Assembly: GCA_041665345.1 (NCBI GenBank)
Contig: JBAYJA010000001.1
Coordinates: 602,522-666,521, forward strand
Length of the DNA stretch: 64,000 bases
Source: Patescibacteria group bacterium
Lineage (GTDB): Bacteria; Patescibacteriota; Patescibacteriia; PEXW01
Direction: 5' to 3'
Positions 42,611 through 52,624 of this stretch are shown here, piece by piece. Made by a program: the position numbers and the translations under genes. Every line of letters starts with the position of its first letter. Position 1 is the first letter of the stretch. The notes beneath the pieces were generated by a model. It made no database searches, was not told the origin of the DNA, and saw only the letters and a program-made list of their open reading frames with translations.

Positions 42611-44718
42611 ACGAGCGTCCGAACAGCTTTGACGAATTGCGCACCCCGGTCAAATTCATTCCGGAACAGTCCAAAGCTGGCTGCCCCAGGAGAAAGCAGA
42701 ACTATATCCCCAGACTGAGCGTGCTTCTGCGCTTCTCGGACTGCACGAGGCATCGAATTGACCAGCTGGTGACGGACCCGCAAGGCTGGCAACATTTTCT
42801 GCGTGGCTGAACCGGGTAAGAGCACCACAAACTTTGCCGACGCATTCAGTGCTCGGATGAGTGGCTGTAAAGGGAAATGCTTGTCTGTTCCTCCGGCAAT
42901 GACAACACATTTTTTAGGGAAAGCACTCCGAATACTCATGGCCGCAGCTTCCGGGTTGGTTGCGGTCGTGTCGTTGATCCAGGTGACGCCGCGGTGCTGG
43001 CGGACGGTTTGAAAACGTTCAGGTACCCCAGGAAAAGTCTGCAAACTTTTCGCAATGGTTGCGGGGGCAATGCCAAGCGCACGAGCAGCTAAGGCGGCAA
43101 TCATTGCATTTTGCCAAAATGCTGGGTGCGCCACCGCTAATTTTCGCACTGCCACTAGCCTTTCAACCCGAGCACCAAGTTTTACCATAATCCAGCCACG
43201 GTCGAGCCAGGCATGGGCCCGAGCCTGTGGCTTGGCGGCAAACCACAGCACACGTGCCCGAGTTTGTTTGGCAAACTGCTGCGCCGCTGGATTATCCAAA
43301 GGCAAAAGCAGAAAATCCTTTTTGGTTTGTCCACGAGTAATGAGCTGCTTCGCTGCAAGGTACGGACGCATGCTGCCATACCGGTTCAGGTGGTCTGGAA
43401 AAAGGCTGGTCACAATGCCAATGCGCGGTGCTAAGGGCATGGCCTGCGTATCTTCCAACTGAAAAGAAGACACCTCCAGCACCACTCGCGTGCGCCCATC
43501 AAATGCCTGCGGAAAAGCCAGGGGCGATACCCCAACATTTCCCGCCAGCACAGTCTTGGGCAAATGACGCCGAAGGATGTGCGCCAGCATGGACGCGGTC
43601 GTGGTTTTTCCTTTCGTACCCGTTACCACATACACAGGGTTCTGGCTATGACTGCGGAAAAGCCCAAGGTCACCAATAATCAGCGCACCTTTTTTCCTGG
43701 CCGCACGCAGGGCTGGATGGTCTGGCCGGACGCCTGGATTTTTGATAATCACCTCAGCATTTGCAAGCAATGCACTGGGATTTTTTTTCCCAAAAGCGTA
43801 CTGCACTGGCAGGCCTCGGAGGTTGAGCAAAACTTGAGTAAAATCTTTGCGCGGTCGAGCATCAACAACGCTCACCTGTGCATGATTTGCAACCGCGTAG
43901 CGTACGCTCGCTTCTCCCCCACCCTGGACACCCAAACCAAAGACCGCAACTTTTCGACCTCGGAGATCTGTGGGTACTGACGTGCGGGAGATAATGGACA
44001 AGGTGTTGGTCTTCGTCTCCCCGTCCCGCCGAAAAGAAGGGAGAGCACTGGTTTCATGCGTGCATGGTGCCTTTGTGTCAATATTCGCTTTTCGCACGCC
44101 CATGGCAACCAACTGCCGAACCACCCCAGCCCGTAGGTCAACCAGCCCACCGCGCGCTGTGGGTTGAACACTCCCGCGCAGGGCTTTCCGGATAATTTGC
44201 AAACGTTTCTTATTGGTCACCTCGTAGCATCTTCCACAAATGGACGGCCCCAACCATACCCGCACTTTTTTTGGCTTAACCCCTTGGCGTTTGAGAAGCA
44301 TGATCACCTCAGCCGCAATATTTTTCACTGCACCTTTCCAACCTACATGGAGGAGGCCAACCCAGCCCGTTTCTGGTTCAGCCAGGAAAACTGGGATGCA
44401 ATCAGCAGTAAAAACCCCAAGGGCAATATTCGGCCGCTGTGTCAGGAGCCCGTCCGTTGCCGGCAAGTAGGTTTTAGGCGCCAGCACCCCGGCGCCAATA
44501 TCATGATCAGTAACAATGCGCACCCGTTGTCCATGCACTTGTCGGCCGAGCACTAGCCGGTCAACAACAATCCCAACGGCTTTCCCAAACGCTCGCCGCT
44601 GCGCCAGCACCTTTTGCCGCGGGTTTGCCCGGAAAGTCAACGGCAAAAAGCCTCTGGCGGCGGTGCCAAACTGAATTCCTGGGAGCTGCGCTAGTTTTGC
44701 TGAACGAAAAACCTCCAT
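42607..44718 (-). CDS. murD: Fusion protein: N-terminal peptidoglycan editing factor PgeF (YfiH/DUF152, laccase-like) plus C-terminal UDP-N-acetylmuramoylalanine--D-glutamate ligase MurD
   Basis: Residues 1-245 carry FTADCIPVFL, LLHVGWKG, CGRCYEV and SFRRDGETKTN, typical of YfiH/PgeF. From ~aa 250, RKVAVFGLGVQGG and VTGTKGKTTT indicate MurD. There is one continuous frame with no stop. Junction near nt 43970-43980. Confidence 0.75.
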   Translation of the reverse strand: MEVFRSAKLAQLPGIQFGTAARGFLPLTFRANPRQKVLAQRRAFGKAVGIVVDRLVLGRQVHGQRVRIVTDHDIGAGVLAPKTYLPATDGLLTQRPNIALGVFTADCIPVFLAEPETGWVGLLHVGWKGAVKNIAAEVIMLLKRQGVKPKKVRVWLGPSICGRCYEVTNKKRLQIIRKALRGSVQPTARGGLVDLRAGVVRQLVAMGVRKANIDTKAPCTHETSALPSFRRDGETKTNTLSIISRTSVPTDLRGRKVAVFGLGVQGGGEASVRYAVANHAQVSVVDARPRKDFTQVLLNLRGLPVQYAFGKKNPSALLANAEVIIKNPGVRPDHPALRAARKKGALIIGDLGLFRSHSQNPVYVVTGTKGKTTTASMLAHILRRHLPKTVLAGNVGVSPLAFPQAFDGRTRVVLEVSSFQLEDTQAMPLAPRIGIVTSLFPDHLNRYGSMRPYLAAKQLITRGQTKKDFLLLPLDNPAAQQFAKQTRARVLWFAAKPQARAHAWLDRGWIMVKLGARVERLVAVRKLAVAHPAFWQNAMIAALAARALGIAPATIAKSLQTFPGVPERFQTVRQHRGVTWINDTTATNPEAAAMSIRSAFPKKCVVIAGGTDKHFPLQPLIRALNASAKFVVLLPGSATQKMLPALRVRHQLVNSMPRAVREAQKHAQSGDIVLLSPGAASFGLFRNEFDRGAQFVKAVRTLV

Positions 44719-44775
44719 ACCTGCAGAATAGCATATGCTTTTCCTCCCCTGCGAATGGTACGGCGAAGCGTGGTT

Positions 44776-45821
44776 CTAACCCCGCTCCACCAGGAAGAGC
44801 ACAATGCCCAGCACGCAGAACACCCCCGCGATGACCCAGAAACGCATGACGATTTTTGCTTCGGGCCAGCCTTTGGCTTCCAGGTGGTGATGGAATGGAG
44901 CCGACAGAAAAACTTTTTTCTTGCGAAAGCGTTTCGATAGAAGCTGAATAATGACGCTGACAGACTCGAGAACGAAAAGGATGCCAATGACGGGGAGCAA
45001 AAAAACCTCATTGGTGAGCATGGCTAAAATGCCAAGGGTCACACCGAGAGACATGGCACCGGTATCGCCCATGAAGAAGCGCGCCGGCGGTATGTTGAAC
45101 CATAAGAAAGCAAGCAATGCACCCACCACCACGGCCGTGAACGTAGCTAACTCAAACCGACCCTGGGCAAATGCAATGGCGCCAAAGGCCGTAAACGCGG
45201 CGAGTAACGTTCCCCCTGAGAGCCCATCTAAACCATCAATTTCATTCACCGAAAAAGCTGTGGAAACAATGACAAAAATGAAGAGCGGGAAGTACCACCA
45301 CCCAATGGCAAAATTACCAAAAAATGGAACGTGAATTGTATCAAAATCGAGTTTAAAAAAGAACCACCAAGCACCTATGAGTGCAATCGCGGTGTAAATG
45401 AGCACTTTATGCCGGACCTGCAGCCCCCCGCCCTTCGGCCCCCACCCGCGGACATTGAAGTAGTCATCCACCAAGCCAACCAGAGCCGAAGCCACAAGTG
45501 TCGCTAATGGCAACCAGGTTTGCTGACGGGTGAGAAAATTAAGATCATGCCAAAACCCGCTGGGCACAACTTGCCGCAGCACAAAGAAGAACACTGCAAA
45601 GAGTGCAACCGTAAACCAAATAAGCACGCCACCCATGGTTGGCGTTCCAGCTTTTTTCTTATGGAACTGCGCAAATACTGGCGCATCAGTCGTGGCCCGA
45701 ATTTTTTTCCCCAAGCGATACTTGTACAGGATACTTGCCCAGAGCGGCGTTAATCCCATGGTAAATGCAAACGCCAACGTTGCAAGCAGAAGAATGCGAA
45801 TAATCGGAAAGAGGTCGGTCA
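44776..45821 (-). CDS. mraY: Phospho-N-acetylmuramoyl-pentapeptide transferase MraY
   Basis: Ten-TM MraY with DD/DG motifs (VDDYFNV, NEIDGLDGL). Start placed at MTDLFPIIRI. Confidence 0.9.
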
Positions 45822-46187
45822 TACAACAATTTGCTGGAAGCGGAGCAAGAAGAGCACCCACAGGACACCAAGATTCACCATGCACGTGCCTGCAGAGAGT
45901 AGGGATGGGAGGTGCTGCGAACGTCGGTACACCCATGGCGCAAACCACAGCCACAGTCCCAAGGTAAGAATGCTCGCAATGAGCGGGAGGCTCCACAGTA
46001 GCCAACCCACCCCAATGCCGTCAATCCCATAGGGAATGCTATAATGGGTAACCACATTCGCACTACTGGGAGGAATACTGCTAACGACAATGAACCACGC
46101 CCCAACGAGCGCACCTGCACCAACGGCAAATCCAATGGTAACCCCACGACGCAATGCAACCACCCCAGCGAACGCTCGGTGGAACAT
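45819..46187 (-). CDS. Hypothetical small polytopic membrane protein translationally coupled to mraY
   Basis: ATGA stop/start overlap with mraY and 3-4 hydrophobic helices. Start uncertain between 46187 and 46280. Tightly divergent from the GT-C gene. Confidence 0.3.
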   Translation of the reverse strand: MFHRAFAGVVALRRGVTIGFAVGAGALVGAWFIVVSSIPPSSANVVTHYSIPYGIDGIGVGWLLWSLPLIASILTLGLWLWFAPWVYRRSQHLPSLLSAGTCMVNLGVLWVLFLLRFQQIVV

Positions 46188-46209
46188 TCCTCGTCCTCTT
46201 CGTTTGTGC

Positions 46210-47967
46210 ATGGTTGGAAGTATGCTTTGCCTCATGGCGTTCTTGCAGTGTACCTCCATGCGGGGAGAAGTCCAAACCATTGACGAAGGTGCGCACCTGG
46301 CTGCCGGGATGAGCTACTGGCAAACCCGGGATTTCCGGCTCAATGAGGAACACCCACCACTCATCAAGCTTCTGGCCGGTGCCGCTGCCCTTACTGCCCG
46401 ACCCACACTCCCGTTTGACAATGCTTCGTGGAAGGAAGGGAACCAGTGGGCTTTCGCTCAAGACCTTCTGTACCACAGTGGTAATAATGCCGATGATCTC
46501 CTATTTCGAGGACGCGTACCGATGGTTGCGCTTAGTCTCCTTCTGGGTTGGGTTATCTACCTGTGGGCACGTCGCTTCGGGGGTGATATTGCCGGGCTCC
46601 TCGCTCTAGGTTGGTACATTTTTGACCCGAACTTCCTTGCGCATGGTCGGTACATTACCACCGATGTGCCAGTGGCTCTGGGCTTTGCAGCAACACTCTA
46701 CCTCCTCACGCGTTACATTTCGAAGGCAACGTGGAAGTACGGCGTGGCTTTCGGCGCCGTCTTTGCGTTGACGCAAGCAACAAAATTTTCTGCAATTATT
46801 CTGTGGCCAATCATTTTCTTCACCCCGCTCCTCTGGATGCTCTGGTCACCAGGGACACGTGGTCAGTGGCGGCTTGCGTGGCAACGCACGTACCGCACGC
46901 TTGGGTGGGCGATTGCCGGTATGGTGGTCATTATTCCTCTGGTCTACCTTGGCCAATTCCAAAAAGGCAGCCAAGACTCCTGGATTACCTGGGCCATGGA
47001 GGAGCGTGACCGCGTCGTGAGTTCCGAAGCAATGACCACGCAACCCCCAGCGGTGCAACGTCTCATCACGCTATCAGATCCAAGTACCAGTACAGGAAAA
47101 GTGGTTCGCAACATCCTTCTGAACACTCCCATCCCCGCTTGGTCGTACGGCAAGGGCTTGGCGCTGGTCATCAACCATGACTTCTGGGGACACCTTTCCT
47201 ACCTCAACGGTATGTACGGCAACAAAGGCTGGGTACAGTACTTCCCCATCACCTTCCTGGTCAAAACACCGTTTGCAACTCTCATCGTCTTTGCACTCGC
47301 GATTGTCGCGGGTTTGGTTGCAGCCAGAAAAAAACTGCTGCAACTGCCTCCAGCTTTCTGGGTACTGAGTGGTAGCGCAATCCTCTACTTCGCCTGGAGT
47401 CTCACTAGTCACATCAACCTGGGGCAACGGCACATTTTCCCGGTCTACCCTGCAGTGTTCGTGACCATTGGTCTGTTTCTTGCCGCGGTTGTCCAGCAGC
47501 ACCGCCGCTGGCTCACCTGGCTGTTTGCCAGCATCACCGGTCTGTACCTACTCACCAGTCTGCTCACCTACCCTGCGTATACTTCCTACTTTTCCGAAGT
47601 CATTGGCGGCACTGCCAACGGCCCGCGCTACCTGGTGGATTCAAACATTGACTGGGGGCAAGATGTGAAACGTTTACAAACGTACATGGAGGAAAAGCAA
47701 ATACCTTTCGTTTGCATGAGCTACTTCGGCCAAGCAAATTTGGTCTACTACGGCTTGGACTTCCGGTACCTCCCAACCAAAGCTGACCGACACGATCCTG
47801 CCGCAGTAAATTGTGCAGTTGCAATTAGCGTTACGAGTCTCCTGGCACAGGATGGTGACTACTGGTGGCTGCGGCAGTACGAACCCGATGCACGTATTGG
47901 TGGGTCGCTCTACGTGTACGATTTCCGCAACGGCCGATCACCGCAGCTGGCAGCAAATCCGCTGTAA
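46210..47967 (+). CDS. GT-C fold membrane glycosyltransferase (PMT/ArnT, GT39/GT83-like)
   Basis: N-terminal TM, then IDEGAH (DE motif in the first extracytoplasmic loop) and a polytopic body typical of the PMT_2/ArnT family. Start uncertain between 46210 and 46258. Confidence 0.55.
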   Translation: MVGSMLCLMAFLQCTSMRGEVQTIDEGAHLAAGMSYWQTRDFRLNEEHPPLIKLLAGAAALTARPTLPFDNASWKEGNQWAFAQDLLYHSGNNADDLLFRGRVPMVALSLLLGWVIYLWARRFGGDIAGLLALGWYIFDPNFLAHGRYITTDVPVALGFAATLYLLTRYISKATWKYGVAFGAVFALTQATKFSAIILWPIIFFTPLLWMLWSPGTRGQWRLAWQRTYRTLGWAIAGMVVIIPLVYLGQFQKGSQDSWITWAMEERDRVVSSEAMTTQPPAVQRLITLSDPSTSTGKVVRNILLNTPIPAWSYGKGLALVINHDFWGHLSYLNGMYGNKGWVQYFPITFLVKTPFATLIVFALAIVAGLVAARKKLLQLPPAFWVLSGSAILYFAWSLTSHINLGQRHIFPVYPAVFVTIGLFLAAVVQQHRRWLTWLFASITGLYLLTSLLTYPAYTSYFSEVIGGTANGPRYLVDSNIDWGQDVKRLQTYMEEKQIPFVCMSYFGQANLVYYGLDFRYLPTKADRHDPAAVNCAVAISVTSLLAQDGDYWWLRQYEPDARIGGSLYVYDFRNGRSPQLAANPL

Positions 47968-47983
47968 TTTTTTAATACCGCGC

Positions 47984-48012
47984 TTGGTGAAAAGTAGCTT
48001 TTTTGGTATAAT
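47984..48012 (+). promoter_or_regulatory. Promoter with extended -10: TTGGTG-N17-(TGg)TATAAT upstream of pilB
   Basis: TTGGTGaaaagtagcttttttggTATAAT lies ~36 nt upstream of the pilB ATG. Confidence 0.5.
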
Positions 48013-48047
48013 CATTTCACCATGCTGCAAACAAACGGCCAATAATA

Positions 48048-49775
48048 ATGAAAACGGAAATTCTCACCAAACTCATTACAGAGGCCAATTTGCTTCCAGT
48101 ACAGTCCTTACTGGATGCGCAAAAAGCTGCGGATGCAAACCATACCCCCTTGGAGCAATACCTAGTGGAGGAAAATGTCGTATCCGAGAATGTACTATAC
48201 GAGGCAATTGCAAATTACTACCGGCTGCCATTTACTGACCTGAAGCAGAGTACTATCCGCAAAGATGTGCTGAATTTAGTTCCCGAACCTCTGGTGCAGG
48301 TCCACCAAGTGGTGGCTTTTGACAGTGACGCGAAAACGATTAAACTTGCAACGCTTGACCCGCGTGACCTGCAAACGTTTGAATTTATCAAGAAAAAAAC
48401 TGGTCTCACGCCTGAGTTGTCCATCACCACCCCTTCCAGCATCAAGAATGCCATTAGCCAGTACCACAAAGGCATGTCCGCAAAGTTTAAGGAGATTGCT
48501 GAGGAAACGGAAGCCAAAGATGCTGGGGGAGCGAAAGAGTTGACTGAGCTTGCCGAAGATTTGCCCATCATCCGGATTGTGGACAGCATGCTGGAGTATG
48601 CCATTTTCGAAAGTGCATCTGACATTCACCTGGAGCCCCAAGAAAAGGACTTAAGCGTTCGCTACCGCATTGACGGCCGGCTGAAGCAAGTGATGACCCT
48701 GCCAAAAGCTGTGCAGTCCGGGATTATTGCGCGCATCAAAATCCTTTCCAACCTAAAAATTGACGAGCACCGCTTACCCCAGGATGGACGCTTTACCATT
48801 ACGACGAAAGACTACAAGGTGGCTTTTCGGGTTTCCATTCTCCCCGTGTACGATGGGGAAAAAGCCGTCCTGCGCATCCTCAACGAATCCGCCCAAGTAC
48901 TGACCATGGAACAGCTTGGCTTGCAGCCCGGCCCCTTGGACATTCTCAAGCGAAACATTCAAAAACCGCACGGTATCATCCTGGTTACCGGGCCAACTGG
49001 TTCTGGGAAAACCACGACGCTCTACACCGTCCTGAACATTTTGAATAAGCCCGAAGTGAATATCTCCACGGTGGAAGACCCAATTGAGTATCGCATGCCC
49101 CGGGTAAACCAAAGCCAGGTGAATCCCAAAATTGGCTTCACGTTTGCTGGCGGCTTACGCTCACTCCTCCGCCAAGACCCAAACATCATCATGGTGGGGG
49201 AAATTCGGGACAATGAAACCGCGGAAATTGCCGCAAACGCCGCGATGACTGGGCACTTGGTCCTTTCCACCCTGCACACCAACGATGCCGTTACCGCCTT
49301 GCCTCGGCTGGGGGAAATGGGTGTCCCCTCTTTCCTCATTGCGTCCACGACAAACATCATCATGGCCCAGCGTTTGGTACGCAAAATTTGCCTGCACTGC
49401 ATCCAAAGTTACACATTGTCGGAAGCAGCCGTGCAGGATCTGCAGAAGCATTTCAACATTGACTTCATTCTCAAAACTCTGGAACGCGAGGGCGCCATTG
49501 TCTCTGCCAAAGCTCCCATTGCCTCACTCCTGTTCTACCGTGGCAAAGGCTGCAAGCAGTGCAACCACGAAGGGTACAAAGGCCGCATTGGTATTTACGA
49601 AGTTTTGGAGGTTACCCACAGCGTTGCTGACCTGATTTTGAACAAAGGCACCACCGAAGATCTCCGCCGCGCAGCCCAGGAGCAAGGCATGCTCACCATG
49701 GCGGAAGATGGTTTCATCAAAGCAAAATTCGGCATCACCACCATTGAGGAAGTCCTCCGCGTTACCAAAGAGTAA
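48048..49775 (+). CDS. pilB: Type IV pilus assembly ATPase PilB (GspE family)
   Basis: N-terminal GSPII_E N domains, Walker A VTGPTGSGKTTTLY, Asp/His boxes, and a tetracysteine motif CLHC...CKQC. Confidence 0.85.
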   Translation: MKTEILTKLITEANLLPVQSLLDAQKAADANHTPLEQYLVEENVVSENVLYEAIANYYRLPFTDLKQSTIRKDVLNLVPEPLVQVHQVVAFDSDAKTIKLATLDPRDLQTFEFIKKKTGLTPELSITTPSSIKNAISQYHKGMSAKFKEIAEETEAKDAGGAKELTELAEDLPIIRIVDSMLEYAIFESASDIHLEPQEKDLSVRYRIDGRLKQVMTLPKAVQSGIIARIKILSNLKIDEHRLPQDGRFTITTKDYKVAFRVSILPVYDGEKAVLRILNESAQVLTMEQLGLQPGPLDILKRNIQKPHGIILVTGPTGSGKTTTLYTVLNILNKPEVNISTVEDPIEYRMPRVNQSQVNPKIGFTFAGGLRSLLRQDPNIIMVGEIRDNETAEIAANAAMTGHLVLSTLHTNDAVTALPRLGEMGVPSFLIASTTNIIMAQRLVRKICLHCIQSYTLSEAAVQDLQKHFNIDFILKTLEREGAIVSAKAPIASLLFYRGKGCKQCNHEGYKGRIGIYEVLEVTHSVADLILNKGTTEDLRRAAQEQGMLTMAEDGFIKAKFGITTIEEVLRVTKE

Positions 49776-49784
49776 ACCACTAGT

Positions 49785-51005
49785 ATGCCAACCTTTGCGT
49801 ACACTGCCCGCGCTACCAACGGTGCCACCACCTCTGGGACGTTGGAAGCAAAAGATGAAAAATTCCTAGCCGCGGTCCTCAACGTTCGCGGACTTGCATT
49901 GCTCAACGCACACCAGGCTGAAGCAAAGAGTGGGAAGAAAAAATTTAGCCTGAATATTTCTTTTGGTGGGGTTCCCATTGTCCAGAAAATTTTCTTCTTG
50001 CAGAATTTGCAAGTGATGGTCCGAACCGGTTTCTCCCTTGGGCACGCGCTCGATACCCTTGCCCTGCAAACGGAGCATAAAATGTTCCGGGGGATTATTC
50101 AGGAACTCAGCCACGATGTTGAGGCGGGCACGACGCTTTCCGCAGCCATGGGCAAGCACCCCAAGGTTTTTACGGAGCTGTTCACCAACATGATTGCAGC
50201 TGGTGAAGTGTCAGGTAAATTAGAGGAAGTGCTGAAGCGACTGACTATTCAAATTAAGAAGCAGCACCAACTTGTTTCAAAAATCAAGGGTGCACTCACC
50301 TACCCCATCATTGTGGTTTCCGCCATGGTTGTTCTCGGCGTGGTCATGATGGTTGCGGTGCTCCCCAAACTCCTTACGGTATTTGATCAATCTGGCGGCG
50401 TGCTCCCGCTGCCGACACGCATTCTCATTGCCATCTCCAATTTTCTGCAACACAACTTGGTGTACGTCATCATTGGCGCGATTATCGTGGTCTTCACCTT
50501 CCGCTGGGCGGTGAAAAAGGGCAAGGGCCGTGCGTACTGGCATAGCTTTTTGCTGCAGCTGCCAATCCTGGCGCCAATCATGAAGAAAATTAACTTAGCA
50601 AAGTTTACCCGAAACTTAAGTTCACTCCTCAAAACCGACATCCCGATTGTGCAAACGTTTCAAATTATTTCCAAAACCTTGGGGAACGATAGCTACCGAC
50701 GCGCACTGGAGCACACGGCCGAGATGCTGAAGAAAGGTGCAAATATATCAAAAGTCCTTGCTCAGTCTCCCAAACTTTTTCCGCCCATTGTCGTGCAAAT
50801 GATTGCCGTGGGTGAAGAAAGTGGTACGCTGGATACAATCTCCGAAGAAATTGCAAACTTCTACGAAGAAGACGTTGACCAAATCATGTCTAACCTGACG
50901 TCTATCTTAGAACCAATTCTCATTCTCCTGCTGGGCGCGGGTGTTGCAGGCATGGTGGTTGCCGTAATTTTGCCTATTTACTCCCTCAGTGATCAAATAA
51001 CCTAA
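49785..51005 (+). CDS. pilC: Type IV pilus inner-membrane platform protein PilC (GspF family)
   Basis: Two GspF repeats and three TM segments of typical size. Confidence 0.85.
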   Translation: MPTFAYTARATNGATTSGTLEAKDEKFLAAVLNVRGLALLNAHQAEAKSGKKKFSLNISFGGVPIVQKIFFLQNLQVMVRTGFSLGHALDTLALQTEHKMFRGIIQELSHDVEAGTTLSAAMGKHPKVFTELFTNMIAAGEVSGKLEEVLKRLTIQIKKQHQLVSKIKGALTYPIIVVSAMVVLGVVMMVAVLPKLLTVFDQSGGVLPLPTRILIAISNFLQHNLVYVIIGAIIVVFTFRWAVKKGKGRAYWHSFLLQLPILAPIMKKINLAKFTRNLSSLLKTDIPIVQTFQIISKTLGNDSYRRALEHTAEMLKKGANISKVLAQSPKLFPPIVVQMIAVGEESGTLDTISEEIANFYEEDVDQIMSNLTSILEPILILLLGAGVAGMVVAVILPIYSLSDQIT

Positions 51006-51008
51006 TCC

Positions 51009-52091
51009 ATGTCGCTACTTCACCCCTTCAAACATGCAATGGGCATAGATATCAGCGACCAGGTGTTGCGGATGGTGCAACTTGCACCAGCCCGTAAAGG
51101 GTACCGAGTTCGTTCGGTCAGCGCTCGCCCGGTTCCAGCAGAAGCTATTCAAGAAGGTGAAATTCGCCAACCTGAAGTAGTCGTGAACATTCTCCGAGAT
51201 CTGATCCGTCGGAGTGCACTGAAGCACCCAAATACGCGGGCTGCAGTGGTGTGCTTACCAGAACGAAAAACCTTTACCAAAATTATTGAAGTGCCAAACG
51301 TTGAAGACGCACAATTTACCGTGTCACTCCGTAATGCACTGGCAGAGCACATTCCACTCAATCTCGACGAAGCATTTGTTGACTGGCAACCCATTGGCTC
51401 AGCTGATCCAAAAGCAAAAACCAGGCGGGTTATTGTTGCCGTCGCTCCGCAATTGCTCATTGAGAGCTACGTTTCCGCACTGAAAGCAGTTGGCATTATC
51501 CCCATCGTTTTTGAACCAGAGTCAGCCGCACTCAGCCGAGTTGCCATTCCGTCATCAGCGGCGAAAGGCAGCCATCTGATTATTGATCTGGGCGCAACCC
51601 GAACTGGACTGATTATCACTGAGGGTGATCTGGTAGCCTACTCTTCTACCCTCCCACTCTCTGGAACTGGGCTAACAAGCATTTTACAGGCGAAGCTTAG
51701 CCTAACCACAGAACAAGCTGAGCAAGCGAAACGTTTATGCGGGCTGGATCCGCGGAAGGGCAAGGGCGCAGTACGAGAATTACTGGAACCTGAGTTAAAA
51801 CCATTACTGCAAAGAATTCTGGAAATCATTAGCTACTACGAGGAACATGCAACTGCTGTGCTGCATGTGGTAGACGTAACCCTGGTTGGTGGTGGGGCAG
51901 CTATGCTAGGTCTCCCTGAACTAATGCAGTCAACTCTCAGCCTCCCAGTGCACGCTGGTACCTGGCCAGCAAATATTCGGGTACCTTCAACTCAGCTGCA
52001 GGCAGTGGCAACCTCCTACCTCACAGCCTTGGGTCTTGCGCTCCGTGGTGCCTCCGCGCATGCCTGGCGGAATGGGAATAACGACCTATGA
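51009..52091 (+). CDS. pilM: Type IV pilus assembly protein PilM (actin-like ATPase fold)
   Basis: GIDISDQVLRMVQL N-terminus and an ASKHA fold pattern, immediately followed by pilN/pilO-like genes. Confidence 0.8.
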   Translation: MSLLHPFKHAMGIDISDQVLRMVQLAPARKGYRVRSVSARPVPAEAIQEGEIRQPEVVVNILRDLIRRSALKHPNTRAAVVCLPERKTFTKIIEVPNVEDAQFTVSLRNALAEHIPLNLDEAFVDWQPIGSADPKAKTRRVIVAVAPQLLIESYVSALKAVGIIPIVFEPESAALSRVAIPSSAAKGSHLIIDLGATRTGLIITEGDLVAYSSTLPLSGTGLTSILQAKLSLTTEQAEQAKRLCGLDPRKGKGAVRELLEPELKPLLQRILEIISYYEEHATAVLHVVDVTLVGGGAAMLGLPELMQSTLSLPVHAGTWPANIRVPSTQLQAVATSYLTALGLALRGASAHAWRNGNNDL

Positions 52092-52624
52092 TGTTGCTCA
52101 ACCTCACCACTCCAGACCTTCGATCTGAAATTCGTACCCGGCTGACCATCGGTGTTATCCGCAGTACACTCGTCACCCTGTTGGTTATTGCGCTTCTTGC
52201 CATACTCATTTCTGGCACTGGCGTTGTGCTGTTGCAAATGAAGGCAAAGGACTTAGCAGCTGAAGCAAATCAATCCACGCTTTTGCTGCAAGCCCAAGGA
52301 CAATCCAGCATTGCCGAAACCACCCTCAAGCTCAATAGCCAAATTCTGGCTCTCCAAGGTGTGCAGAAGCGCTTTCAAAAATGGTCGCCAGTCATTGAAC
52401 AATTTGCAGCGCTCACCCCTGCAGGTGTGACTTTAGAAAGCTTGAGCATTAGCCAAGGAACCAACAAGCTTACCTTCAGCGGCACCGCAGCAACCCGAGA
52501 AGCGTATACGAACTACGAAAAAGTGTTGCAAAATAGCAGTATTGTGGCTGATGTGATTTTCCCATTGCAAACGAAACGAACTGACTTAGAATTTTCGCTC
52601 ACCGCGTCAATGAAGAAGCCATGA
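52088..52624 (+). CDS. pilN: PilN-like fimbrial assembly protein (single TM plus coiled coil)
   Basis: 4-nt overlap with pilM, an N-terminal TM LVTLLVIALLAILISG and a periplasmic coiled-coil. Confidence 0.6.
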   Translation: MMLLNLTTPDLRSEIRTRLTIGVIRSTLVTLLVIALLAILISGTGVVLLQMKAKDLAAEANQSTLLLQAQGQSSIAETTLKLNSQILALQGVQKRFQKWSPVIEQFAALTPAGVTLESLSISQGTNKLTFSGTAATREAYTNYEKVLQNSSIVADVIFPLQTKRTDLEFSLTASMKKP

